64,000 nucleotides of DNA from Chiloscyllium plagiosum. Taxonomy: Eukaryota. The notes beneath the pieces are model-generated. The model was not told where the DNA came from, searched no databases, and saw only the letters and a program-made list of their open reading frames with translations. Position numbers and translations under genes: made by a program. Of the stretch, positions 50,306 to 63,700 are shown in pieces (within the stretch, counting starts at the first letter, position 1; the number at the start of each line of letters is the position of its first letter). The stretch spans positions 96,930,896 through 96,994,895 of the forward strand of contig NC_057717.1 of assembly GCF_004010195.1 (NCBI RefSeq), written 5' to 3'.

Positions 50306-53300
50306 GAAAGTGAGGACAGCAGATGCTGGAGATCAGAGCTGAAAATGTGTTGCTGGAAAAGCGCAGCAGGTCAGGCAGCATCCAAGGAGCAGGAGAATCG
50401 ACGTTTTGGGCATGAGCCCTTCTTCAGGAATGAGGAAAGTGTGCCCAGCAGGTAGGGGCGTTGGAAATGCAATAGGTGGAAGGAGGCCGGAGTGGGGGTG
50501 GGGGTGGAGGCCGAGAGGTCAGGAAGAAGATTGCAGGTTAGGAAGGCGGTGCTGAGTTCGGATTTGACTGAGACATGGTGGGGCGGGGGGGGAAAGAGGG
50601 GAAATGAGGAAACTGGAGAAATCCGAGTTCATCCCTTGTAGTTGGAGGGTTCCTAGGCAGACGATGAGGCGCTCTTCCTCCAACCGTCGTGTTGCTATGG
50701 TCTAGCAATGGAGGAGTCCAAGGACCTGCATGTCCTTGATGGAGTTGGAGGGGGAGTTGAAGTGTTGAGCCACGGGGCGGTTGGGTTGGTTGGTCCGGGT
50801 GTCCCAGAGGTGTTCGCTGAAACGTTCCGCAAGTAGGCGGTCTGTCTCCCCACTATAGAGGGGGCCATATCGGGTACAGCAAATGATGTGTGTGGAGGTG
50901 CAGGTGAATGTGTGGTGGATATGGAAGGATCCCCTGGGGCCTTGGAGGGAAATGAGGGGGGAGCTGTGGGCGCAAGTTTTGCATTTCTTGCGGTCGCAGG
51001 GGAACGAGCCGGGAGTTGAGGGTGTGGACCTGATGAGGGAGTCACGGAGGGAGTGGTCTTTTCAGAACGCTAATCGGGGAGAGGAGGGAAATATATCCCT
51101 GGTGGTGGGTTCCGTTTGGAGGTGGTGGAAATGATGACGGATGATACGATGTATATGGACGTTTGTCGGGTGGTAGGTGAGGACCAGTGGGGTTCTGTCC
51201 TGGTGGCGATTGGAGGGGCGGGGCTCAAGGACAGAGGAGCGGGAAGTGGAGGAGATGCGGTGGAGGGCATCGTCAATCATGTCTGGGGGGAAATTGCGGT
51301 CTTTGAAGAATCAAACCGGCAGACAAGGCTCGCGGACACCTCCTCCTACTGCCCCCTTGACCATGACCCCACCTCCCACCACCAAACCATCATCTTCCAG
51401 ACCATCCATAACCTCATCACCTCAGGAGATCGCCCATCCACCGCCTCCAATCTCAGTCCCACAACCCCGCACCGCCCGTGTCTACCTCCTGCCCAAAATC
51501 CACAAACCTGACTGCCCCAGCCGACCCATTGTCTCAGCCTGCTCCTGCCCCACCGAACTCATCTCTGCATACCTTGTCCTGTCCCCCTTAGTCCAAGAAC
51601 TCCCTAGGATTTGCGCTTCACCGGCCCCCAATGCCTTATCTTCACCATGGACATCTAGTCCCTGTACACCTCCATCCCCCATCACGAAGGACTCAAAGCC
51701 CTCCGCTTCTTCCTTTCCCGCCGTACCAACCAGTACCCTCCCACTGACACCCTCCTTCGACTGACTGAACTGGTCCTCACCCTGAACAACTTCTCTTTCC
51801 AATCCTCCCACTTCCTCCAAACCAAAGGAGTAGCCATGGGCACCTGCATGGGCCCCAGCTATGCCTGCCTCTTCTTAGGATATGTGGAACAGTCCATCTT
51901 CCGCAGCTACACTGGCACCACCCCCCATCTTTTCCTCCGCTACATCGATGACTGTATCGGTATTGCCTCGTGCTCCCACGAGGAGGTTGAACAGTTCACC
52001 CAACACTCTACCAACACCTTCCACCCCGACCTCAAATTCACCTGGACTGTCTCAGACTCCTCCCTCCCCTTCCCAGACCTTTCCAATTCTAATCTCGGAC
52101 GACCGAATCAACATGGACATTTACTATAAACCGACCGACTCCCACAGCTACCTAGACTACACCTCCTCCCACCCTCACCCTGTAAAAACGCCATCCCATA
52201 TTCCCAATTCCTTCATCTCCGCCGCATCTGCTCCCAGGAGGACCAGTTCCAATACCATACAACCCAGATGGACTCCTTCTTCAAAGACCGCAATTTCCCC
52301 CCAGACGTGATCGACGATGCCCTCCACCGCATCTCCTCCACTTCCTGCTCCTCCGTCCTTGAGCCCCACCCCTCCAATCACCACCAGGACAGAACCCCAC
52401 TGGTCCTCACCTACCACCCGACAAACGTCCATATACATCGTATCATCCGTCGTCATTTCCGCCAACTCCAAACGGACCCGACCACCAGGGATATATTTCC
52501 CTCCCCTCCCCTATCAGTGTTCCGAAAAGACCACTCTCTCCGTGACTCTGTCAGGTCCACACCCCCCACCAACCCAACCTCCACTCCAGGGACCTTCCCC
52601 TGCAACTGCAAGAAATGCAAAACTTGGGCCCACACCTCCCCCCTTACTTCCCTCCAAAGCCCCAAGGGATCCTTCCATATCCGCCACAAATTCTCCTGCA
52701 CATCCACACACATCATTTACTGCATCCGCTGCACCCGATGTGGCCTCCTCTATATTGGGAAGACAGACCGTCTACTTGTGGAACATTTCAGAGAACACCT
52801 CTGCGACACCTGGACCAACCAACCCAACCACCCCGTGGCTCAACACTTCAACTCCCCCTCCCACTCCACCAAGGACATGCAGGTCCTTGGACTCCTCCAT
52901 CACCAGACCATAGCAACACGACGGTTGGAGGAAGAGCGCCTCATCTTCCGCCTAGGAACCCTCCAACCACAGAGATAAACTTGGATTTCTCCAGTTTCCT
53001 CATTTTCCCTCCCCCCACCATGTCTCAGTCAAATCCCTCGAACTCCGAACCGCCTTCCTAACCTGCAATCTTCTTCCTGACCTCTCGGCCTCCACCCCGG
53101 CCTATCACCCTCACCTTGACTTCCTTCCACCTATCGCATTTCCAACTCCCCTCCCCCAAGTCCCTCCTCCCTACCTTTTATCTTAGCCTGCTGGACACAC
53201 TTTCCTCATTCCTGAAGAAGGGCTCATGCCAGAAACATTGATTCTCCCGCTCCTTGGATGTTGCCTGACCTGCTGCGCTTTTCCAGCAACACATTTTCAG
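50306..53300 (+). mobile_element. Penelope-like retroelement (family A), 3 kb: inverted 3' copy, RT, GIY-YIG, terminal repeat; in intron 3 of the pseudoprotease
   Basis: YLLPKIHKP..RPIVS, GVAMGTCMGPSYA, LRYIDD, IYCIRCTRCGLLYIGKT. 50306-51310 is the reverse complement of about 52280-53300. 14-bp TSD atcatcttgaggca (50292-50305, 53301-53314). Confidence 0.95.
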
Positions 53301-54198
53301 ATCATCTTGAGGCATAATTGATACATCAATGTATAAGGCATTGCCTACAGCACCAGGAACTTCAGTTTAGAAAGGAAGTCAGTGGGATAATGAAATCAAA
53401 AATAATGACTTAAAAAACCAAACATCCATTGGGAGTGTGGGCTGTGTACCGGTGGCAACCCAGAAGGTACATTCCCAGTCCAACACTGAGGCAGTGCAGT
53501 ACTGTCAGAGATGCCATCTTTTGGCAAACTAAGGCCCAATCCATCTGGTGCAGTAGGTGCTAAAACATCAAAATAACCAGGTTTGGTATTCCAGATGGAC
53601 ATTTTTCCCCAAGGACCATAGGTAGTTGAAAGGTGAGCTTATAGAAATTTAAAAATAGTGAGGGGTATAGATAGAGTTGAGGGTAGTTGCCTTTTCCCTA
53701 GGATGGGGGATTTCAAGACTAGGGGCACATTTTTAATGATGACGGGAGAGATTTAAAAAAAAGACAGGAGGGGCATTTAAAAAAAATACAGAGATCAGTT
53801 TGTACATGGAATAAACTTCCTAAGTGGTTGATGTGGGTAGAACTACAGTAGTGGATAAGTACATGAACAGGAAAGGTTGGGAGGGATATGGGCCAGATGG
53901 GACTAGTTTAGTTTGGGATTATGGTCGGCATGGACTGGTTGGACCAAAAGGGTCTGCTTCCGTGCTGCATGACTATGACTCTAGCACGTCAAACTCTCCG
54001 GCAGCATCCCACTCCCTAGATAGGATATAGCCCAGAAGGTATTAGAGAGAGAGATGTTCTGCCCAGGCAGGAAGGGGAAATGTGAGATAGGGACACACCA
54101 ATATTTCCTGCAAAAACCACCACTGGCCTAGGGTGCCAGTCATCAGTGTGTCTATAAGGGAAACAAACATAGACATCTTTGAAAAACAAGTTAATTAC

Positions 54199-54479
54199 CT
54201 ACACTTTTCAGTTGCCATCCAGTAACCCAGCAATTTTCTAGTGTATCCATGTCAAGGTGCCGATCATCTGGGAAACAGATTGGGGACACCAGGTTGTTGA
54301 AAATAAATGGCTCTCGCACCAGAACAAGGGCGATATCATGGTCTGGAATTTTAACCCCAAACAGATCGTACGCAAAATATTTGTGCAAAATGATTTTGTG
54401 GACGTTATAAATGATTTGCACGTCGTCTTGCTGAAGGGTCCCAGCAATGATGACCAGGTTCGGATAGAGTTCACTGGAG
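54199..54479 (-). CDS. Pseudoprotease exon 3 (Asp102 motif)
   Basis: catccaacag|C...GTA G|gtaatt, 281 nt, phase 2 to 1. Contains HKIILH..DHDIALV..LVSPICFP..LENCWVTGW. Confidence 0.93.
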
Positions 54480-55696
54480 CTGTTGGATGATTTGAAAAGC
54501 AGGAATGAAATCAGGTGTCAGTATATAAAAAAAACTGAATTAAAAATGAACAAACTGTAGGTACTGGAAACCGAAAATAAAGTATAACCTGCTAGAAACT
54601 TGCAGCAAGGGAATTCAATAATTTTGGACCAACACATTTTTACTCCCTATATCCCTGTCCACTTAACTCTCTACAATTTGGGAAGATTTGACCTCTTCTC
54701 TTTTAAATGTCTGTACATTACTCCTTAGGTGTTCTTACCGTCTAGCACTTAAATCTTTTTTTAAAAAAAATTCAATTGCCTCTGACAAAAAGTAGTTTAC
54801 ACTCTTGGCTTTTTGTCTTTACCTGCTTCAATAGTTTTCAAAAGGGACTGTGACTTTTCTCTGAACACAGATCAAATAAAAGGTACACCAAACATTAACT
54901 TCAGATAAAAGGTTAGTTTAATGCACTTTCAGCGTTTTCCCTTTTTAGGGGTTTTAAATGTCCAAAAGTAACCCAATTGTGGTTCCCAAACAGCATATTG
55001 GTGTCTCATAGAATCCCTACAAGTGTGGAAGCTGGCCATTCAGCCCATCAGGTTCATACTGACCCTCCCTCTCAAGAGCATTCCCACCCAAACCACAATT
55101 CTCTAACCCTGCATTTCCCATGGCTAACCTCTCCAACCCTCACCCCTAGTCTGCACACTGTGGGCAATTTAGCATGGACTATCCACCCAACCTGTACATC
55201 TTTGGACTGTGGGAGGAAACCCACGCTGACAGAGCACGCATATTCAACGGTCACCCAGAGTCTGGAATCGAACCCAGGTCCCTGGCGCTGTGCAGCAGCA
55301 GTGCTAACCACTGATCCATTGTGCTGCCCACAAGTACCCTTGTACATATTCTCAATCTTGCAAGGTGCTGGACATGTGGTTTTATCTTGGTTCTTAGCTT
55401 AACAATCAGCTCTTCAAGCATCAAGAAAACAATACTATCTTTCAAAAATTACTTCCCAATTAATTTGTGAAGAGGCATCCTTGAGAGACTATGCCTGCTG
55501 CTTAAGTTTCTTGTCAAGACTACACAACTACTGCAGAGCAGAAATATAATCTCCCAGCTGAACTATCCCCTTTGGAAGGCCATCGTACAATTAGAAATCA
55601 GTCCCTTTCGCTTGGGGAAGCTTAACTCAGGACTGCCGTCACTCAGTGCCCAGCAGGCGAGAACGATGAAATTGCATGAGAGAGAGAGATACTTAC

Positions 55697-55862
55697 AACA
55701 TGAAAACACAATGTGCTGTTGTCAAAACCCACCATCTGTTCAGAATAATACCACCACACAAATACCTCCAGTTAAACTGCAATTGGACTTGCCATGGGAA
55801 CTCTCCAGGGCGTATCTCTCTGGCAAAGTTGTTTTTATATTTTATGCTTGGCACACCACACC
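55697..55862 (-). CDS. Pseudoprotease exon 2 (His57 motif)
   Basis: ttttacag|GG TGT...ATG TT|gtaagt, 166 nt, phase 1 to 2. Encodes [54 protein letters not shown]. Confidence 0.93.
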
Positions 55863-56916
55863 CTGTAAAATAAATTACAACGGATTTGTAGATTCAAGGC
55901 CTGTGGCATCAGACCTTGCTTCCCAGTAGCTCGTTCAGGCACTCCCGTGCCAAAACATTTGCAACTGCCACATCAGAATTACGATGCACTGTATTTAGTC
56001 TTGCATCTAACTAATTGTGCTGGTTTAAGGTTCCATTAGCACTGGTTTGATTCCAGCCTTGGGACAACTGTGCGCACACTCTCCCAGTGTCTGTGTGGGT
56101 TTCCAATTTCCTCCCTCAGTCCAACGATATGCAGGTTACGTCAATAAGCCGTAGTAAATTGCCCATAGTGTCCAGGGATGTGCAGACTAGGTGGGCTAGC
56201 CATGGGAAATGCAGGAATAGAGGAGGAGGATGGGTCAGTGTAGACTCATTGTGCTGAATGGCCTGTTTCCACACTGTAGGAATTCTATAGATAGATACAC
56301 TGGCATTGGGAGAAGGCTGATCCCAGGTTTGGAGAAGTTTCCTCATGAGGGAAGGTTGACCAGGTTGGGCTTGTACTCCTTGGATTTTAGGGAGAATGAG
56401 TGGTGGCCTTACTGATACATACAAGAGTCTTAGAAGACTTGACAGGGCAAATGATGAAAGGTTGCTTCCTTTGTGACAGTCTAGGACCAGAAGACAAATC
56501 TCAGAGTAAGGAGTTGCCTACTTGAGGCAAAAATAGAGAACAACTTCTTTCCTGAGGAATGCGATTTGGTGAAATACTTTATTGCAGAGGGCATTTGAGA
56601 CGGCGTAATTAAATATGCCCAATGCAGAGACAGATAGATTTCTCAAAGGGTCCAAATAGTCTATTATGCCTTCTGGGTTTGGTATTTTTGCTCGGTTCCT
56701 GCTCAAAAAGGGACAGATGCTGCGTGTCTCCTGATTCTAAATGACAGATGTGATGTGAAGGGATATTTAATTGCATTTTGTGGCAAAAGGAATAGAATAC
56801 GGAGGTACAACATAGAGAACAAAAGTTCATGCTGGACAACAGCCCCACTGTGCTAAACTCTGCCCCACATACACACATTCTAAATATTAACTGAAGTGAT
56901 GAGAAACCATACTTAC

Positions 56917-56980
56917 CAGGGTAACACCAACCTCCTAACAGATTCCAAACAAATATACAAATATAAACTAATTTCATCAT
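56917..56980 (-). CDS. Pseudoprotease exon 1 (signal peptide)
   Basis: MMKLVYICIFVWNLLGGWCYP G|gtaagt, phase 1. Preceded by a likely 78-nt 5'-UTR intron (gtaagc at 57062, tttttag at 56985). Confidence 0.85.
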
Positions 56981-57884
56981 TTTTCTAAAAATACAGGGAC
57001 AGTCATTTTAAAAACGCCCACCTCCAACAGTTTCTTTATTGCATTTCAATGCAATTGCTTACCCTATTGTGACATCGCCAGTTTCCTTTGCAGCATGAAG
57101 TGATTGTTTTAGAAATAAAATCATGACAATTACTTTCTGTCGCTCTTTAATTGGTCTATGGCTCACTTTTGTGCACTAAGAGCTCTAGGCAAGAAAGGTG
57201 ACCAAATGGTGCTCATAACACACCCAACACTTTGAATTTGACTGTCGTGCAAGGCTGAGGTTTAGAGGAAGGATCTCTTGTTTAAATATCAAAAAGGGCT
57301 GCACCATTAAAATTTCAAAAGGGCTAGTGAAGTTATAATAGCAAAGTTGGATATCTTGGGTAGAATGCTACAATCAGTCCTCCTTCCTGTCTCAGTCTAA
57401 GGATTTTATAGTAATTAGTGATGAAGAATCAGCCACGACCAAGTCTCAGCATAACAGGAATCCATCTTGGGCTAACAAGGTAAGGTTTATTACTACCATA
57501 TGCAAGCTAAATTATACTGATGGTTATGCAAGGGTGGCACAGTGGTTAGCACTGCTGCCTCACAGTGCCAGGGACCCAGGTTTGATTCCAGCCTCAGGCA
57601 ACCGTCTGTGTGGGTTTCCTCTGGTTTCCTCCCAGAATCCAAAGACGTGCAGGTTAGGGTGCACTGACCATGCTAAATTGCCCATTGTGTTCTCTGGGTG
57701 GGATAGTCTATGGAGAGTCGATGTGGGCTTACTGGGATGAAGGGCCTGTTTCCACACTGTAGGGATTCTTTGTTTACAAAGTAGCAGACACCTGTCGCCA
57801 AATAAACTGCCCAAGACTCATTTTGACTGCCCAATCACATCGAGACCAACCTCAGCTTAGTTCCTAGACTAACACTTCCATTTT

Positions 57885-58312
57885 AGAGGGTATGAGCTAT
57901 AAAGCAGAGGCTAGAAAAACTCAGGTGGTTTTGCCTGGAACAACAGAGGCTGAAGGGTGACTTGATAGAAGTTTATAAAATTACAAAAGGCACAGATAGG
58001 GTTGACAGTCAGAATCTTTTTCCCCAGAATTGAAATGTCTTTATTAGGGGGCATGCATTTAAGAAGGTGAGAGGGGGAAGTTCAAAGGAGATGTGAGGGG
58101 AAAGATTTTTTTTTTGAAACAGTGGTAGGAATGTGGAAAGTGCTGACAGAGGTGGTGGTGGGGGCAGATACAACAGGGGTGTTTAAGGGACTTTTAGATA
58201 AAGGAATAGAGGGATATGGACCAAGAGCATGCAGAAGGCATTAATTTAATTTGAATAATTTTGAGCACAACATGGTGAGCGAAAGGCCTGTTCTTATGCT
58301 GTACTGTTCTAT
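57885..58312 (+). mobile_element. Degenerate CR1 3' end
   Basis: RLKGDLIEVYKI.. and CR1 tail ctgtactgttcta. Confidence 0.75.
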
Positions 58313-58591
58313 ATTTATGACCATTTTCAACAAGCAAGCTGATCAAGGGTCACTCAAATATCTGCCATGGCTCCGTTGGTAACACTGGAATCAACAAGAT
58401 TTGAGCACAAAATCTAAGTGCGTTACTGAGGGAGTACTGAACCAGAGGGATTATTTTTTTGGAACAATATGAAAGAGATGATAATTTTATTCCAAAAGCA
58501 GGGGAATGCTCAAGTCAACACACACAACACAAAACTTGGCTCACTGGTCCCTCTTCCCCGTCTAACTTTCAGGACACTTCATATCCAGTAA

Positions 58592-59609
58592 TGTCTTATC
58601 TGGTACTTTCCAGGCTGGAAACAATCAAATACTAGAAGGAATTTTATTGAACAAAAACTGATTAACTGTAGGTCAATAAACTTGCTACAATACACTGGGT
58701 CAGCATGCTGGAAATTGAACTCACAGAATCGTTAACTTTTTGTGATAGTACTAACAAGTACATAAAGTTTCCCAATTTACCAAGTTTTCAGCCCCATATT
58801 GATAGAAAGCATGGACCAGATTTCTGTTCTGAACTAGAGTAACTATTAATTGCAAGTAGCCAGACAAGCTACAGGTAAACAGTTATAAACAATCAGCATT
58901 TAATACTAATTAAAATGCCTAAATTCCCTTATCTCCCTCCCTCTTTTACACACACACACACCTAATCTGTTATGAACAGAGGGTAAAGACAGTCCAGTAG
59001 TCTTTGTTTCCAGGTTCTGTTGTTGAGATGATCTTTACGACCCTTTCGCTGACCAGCACGTAACTTCAGTTATCTTTCTCCAGATGTTTCTGATGGTTGC
59101 CAAGACACACAAGGTGGTTGGTTCTGCTTCAAAAAAAGTCTGACTTAACAGTTAAAAGACACAGCAGACAACAATTGTTGCAGGCAAGATAAACTGGGTT
59201 TTCACATCACTGCAGGAAACAGGGAGGTTGCTCTCGAGCTGGGAAGAACTGCACACTTAACCCCTGTGAGAATTTGTCCCAGCTCCATGTTATTCAATTA
59301 CCAGAGAACCAATCTCACAGTTAATGGCAGACAAAAAAAAAAGTCCCTGTCATTGGTCTATGGACTAGTGACCAGTTATCAATCAACTTCTCATTGCCAA
59401 CACAAACTGCTAATGAACACTCCCCCTCTTCTGCACCAGTCTACAATCACAAACTTCACTTACAGCTTGTTCAAACAGTTACTTACAATGCCTGCTATCA
59501 ATGTTGAGTTACTTGCTTCTGAAACTTCAGTCACTCAAAAAAACAACAACAATTCTCTCATCTCAGTCCACACAGTTTTAAAAACAAAACAAAAAGATAT
59601 TGTCCGACA
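58592..59609 (-). mobile_element. Possible old solo LTR
   Basis: tgtc...gaca termini, minus-strand AATAAA near 58645, composition similar to the 19404 LTR. No clear TSD. Confidence 0.3.
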
Positions 59610-60719
59610 AACTGAACGCTGACCTTTTGGGCCTCTTGTTACATTATTAATACAATGGCAAGTTGAAATTTTTATTGCAATAGCACTAGAGAAATTCCTC
59701 AGAGTAACATTGAAGCTTCAGTTGCTTCAATGACCTTCCCTCCAACAAAAGCTCAGAACTGGGATATATACTGGTGATTAGTGTTCAGTTCCATTTACAA
59801 TTCTTTAATGAAGTAGCCAACACCTACATGCAGGAAGAATAATACAACATTCGGAGCTTGGGCAAGTGACTTTACACTACATAAATAACATGTCACAAAT
59901 CATCTTCACCGAAGAGAGTCCAACCATCTTCCCTAAGCAGTTCACATAAATATTTGTGTGGCTACAAGAGTAGGTCATAGGCTGTGGCGAGTGAGATTCA
60001 TCTGACTTCCAAAGCCCTTTAATCACCTGCAAGGTAAAGTCAGGATATAATGCCCCCATTTGTCTGGATGAGCACAGTTCTATCACCACACCAAGCAGCT
60101 TGACAACATTCAGTAATGCATAGCCCTAGTGGCTGGTATTCCATCCAACACAGATGCAGGGGAGTTGGTTACAATATGCACCATCCACAACGTACATTAC
60201 AGCTACTCAGCAAGTCTTCCACTATGCCTCCTGGGAAGGTATCTTCAAGGGCCTCCCTTGCTAACTCAGAAGCTTACTGACATAACAAGGACCATAATGG
60301 GTCAAGTGGACAGCTCACTACCTCCTTCAAGGCCAACAAACCCCAGTAACAGCTTCACATACAGATTTCCCTCAAACACTTCATAAGATGCAAATCTACA
60401 ATTGAATACAGAACTGCAGAGAAAGGAAGCAATGAGTTGAAGGGAAAACTAGCCCACGCAGGAGGCTTTTCAATGCAGGAACGGGGGACCAAGGAAGACA
60501 GTCACATTATTTGGCTACTTAACAGCAGACTAGAGCAGTAATTCTATGCATTACTATAGTGAATATACTTCAAAGTGGATGGGAGATACTGTAAAAGATC
60601 CTGAGGTGACAGAAGCACTACATAAATGCAGTGTTTAAACAAACTACAAATACATTACATGCTAGGAATGGAATCAAATAAGTGTTGAAAATGTAAATGA
60701 AATAAAAACATACATAAAC

Positions 60720-63700
60720 TGAGAGAGTTTCTAGGACTTTAATTATTCAATGCATATACATATAAAAGATACACTGACTACAACTATTAAAAGGTGAAAT
60801 ATTTACATCAACTTTTGCCATCTAGTTAAATCATGAATACAATGAAATTAAACTCACTGAAATGATCAAAAGGTAGATTACATGTTGGAAACAAAAGATT
60901 CAAACAGGTCAGAGAATTAAGTTAATTAGCACACCCCTCCACCCAGTCAAAGTCTGCAATGAAGGGGTCTGCAGCAAGACATGCTTAAATGTCTGCCCGC
61001 AGCCACTTCATAAGGGCTCAGACCTAATAGTGAAGGTAGGTCTGGTTTACATACAGAAATCCTGGCTGATATTAAGGTCGCAGTGACATATGCAGACACA
61101 TACCCCCTCTCTAATATAAAGTGGTAGGTGGACCACAGAGCCAGAGGTACTCATTGGATTCCAGATGCAACGTTAAAGCCAAATGGTGAGAGATAGCCAC
61201 TTGGAAAAGCAGAAGGAAGGAGGGGGTTGCAACAGGGTCTTACGACTACACAGAGCATGGGACCATATGGAATACACCCAGTATGAAACCAGTTGGAGAA
61301 GTGCAGAGGGGTTCCGATAAACCTAGAAGCTCACTACAGAACCTGCTCAAGTATCGTGAGCAAGATAGGTTATCCAAGCTGGTCTTAAGCACACTCTTCA
61401 GACCAGGAGCATGCATGTGGAAAAGCATCCTCTTGGCTAGAAGAGGGTGACTGACAATCAGATACCACTGACAACACATCCTGTATTTGCCCAGATGTGA
61501 CAGATCTGCCAAAGCGTGCCTCAAGCTATGAACGGTGCGTAAACTATCAGGTGCTTACCCCCAAGTATAACACATTTCTTAAAATAAGCCACAATTCAGG
61601 AGATTCCCTTTTCTTGAATCTGAACACACTTAAGAGCCCAGAGTGCATACGCCATCCTTTCAGAACTGCTGCTGGGTTAGGGCAAGAGCATGTCATGCTG
61701 TTTGAAAGGTGCATTTTAACAAAACACACAAAGCATAGATCAATGCACAAATATTAAAGAAAAAGCACACAGATATTGTCAATCATTCTTTAAACAAAGA
61801 TTGTATCACAGTATCATCCAAAACTAGAATGTTCCATCAAAAACATTGACAAAGCAAGATTTTTAAAGAGAGATTTCAAAGTGGACTAATGAACGTGTTT
61901 ACAGCTTTCATTTAAACAAAATTTACAAACATCTACTCCATTGAAAAATGTTTAAAAACCACACAAACTGGTGACAGGAACTTATGCAGAGGTTGCATTT
62001 AATTAGTGCAATAAAGCTTAAAAAAGTGAACTCATGCAAATCTACACAGACGGTCTCAGAGGATGTAGCCTTGACCAAAGAGCTTTGTCACCCTCCTGTG
62101 GAAACCCTGGGATGCTGAGTTCTTGCAAATACCTTTTGCCAGATTAGTTTTATTGCTGCAATAGTTTAAATATCTCCTCCAGCGTGAAGCAGTGCAGTTT
62201 TCACAACCAGGAGTTCTTTTTGAGTCAGACAAAAAGGGAACAGTATTATGTAATACCAGGGACTGTTATGGCTGATCAAGAACATAAAACAGTGCTGTAC
62301 ATCTCAGGGAAAAACTGGATGCTACTGAGGATAGGGGAGAGATGAAGTCTCCAGGCACCATATAGTGTAGTGAGTTTACAAACAAATTAACTCTAACATA
62401 ATCCCTAAAGGCAAGCCTTCGTTCTAGCAATACAAATTCCTCTTCTTTCTCCACTGATGATTTGTCTTGAGGTAATAAGTGTTTACTTGTAAATATAAAT
62501 GTTATTAAAACATCGTTGGATATAAAGGTTAGCATTACAAGGTTATATGATCTAGAAACTAATTCAACATCTCTTATTTTACAATGATGGGATATTGTGC
62601 CGTGCCAGTTGCTGCAATACATGGTGCCATCCAGTCGGAGGATGAAAGTTTATGCCATGATTCCACATACAACAGTACAAATTTGGCAATGTTAGTGGGG
62701 GAGGGGACAAGGTGGTGAAGAAACTCATGCCCACCCTGAGAGAGCAGGTAACAAAAAGTTCCAGAGCAAGTCTCTCGGATTTTTATGTATTTACCTCAAG
62801 CAGCCGAGTAAAAAGTAGTAGTAAATGAGTCGCTCACTGCAGGAGTAAGGGAGAGAACCTGCCAGGTGAGGAGGAGGAGGGGGGCATTGGTTGGGGGGGG
62901 GGGGGGGGAAAAAGAGAAAAGGAGGTTGGAGGAAGAGGAATGACAACACTCTTAAAAGTTCTGAATAGGTCAGATAGATCACAACACTGATATTGCCATC
63001 AACACATGCATGCAAACCACCTGGCTTGTTAAGTAAGGAGGATTACTCGTGACGGAAAATTTCACAGATAAGAAAACCGTTACCTATAATCTGTGATTGT
63101 TTTTGGACCTCAGATTAATATCAGATTATGATTACCATGGCCAAACTCAGCATCTGTCCCATTGAGACCTGATCTTAAAACATAATTGTGTCCTAAATTT
63201 GCTTTTTCATTATTTAATGTAATTTGATAAATGTTAATCAGAGGTCCATTTGCCTACAGAAAACAAACCATGGAAAGGCTTAGCATTGATATTCTGCAAG
63301 GATCAGCTCAAATGGATCTGAAGGACATTCAGCTCAACCTCTCAGATCGAAATAATTAAAACGTTTAACTGCTTATTCAGATTGCAGAACAACTGCAACA
63401 AAAAAAAAGGTGAAGTAAATGATACAATACACCACAAATATACAATTTCTATGATTTGGTCCTTGCTTCCAGTTTACAAAACAATGCAAAGTGCATTAAA
63501 ATGTACAGTAAAACAATACAGGGGGGTTTCCATATGTTGAGGGGTATGCTAAATGATTATACACTAACAGAAAGGCTTAAAACCTCATTTCTAACAGATG
63601 AGCAACTCCAGGAGAAAAAGTTGCTTATCAGCTTTGGTTGAGCTCAAAATCAAAGCACTTCAAAAGTTAGTTGGTAGCATCAGTGTAATTTATCTTTCTA

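Noticed and set aside
45304-56980. Calling the protease gene a pseudogene, or assigning the symbol PRSS54 or PRSS55
   Set aside because: The ORF and splice sites are intact, so it is not a pseudogene. Orthology cannot be resolved without a phylogeny.
63290-63350. Hairpin gatctga/tcagatc as a possible snoRNA
   Set aside because: No convincing C/D or H/ACA boxes found by eye.
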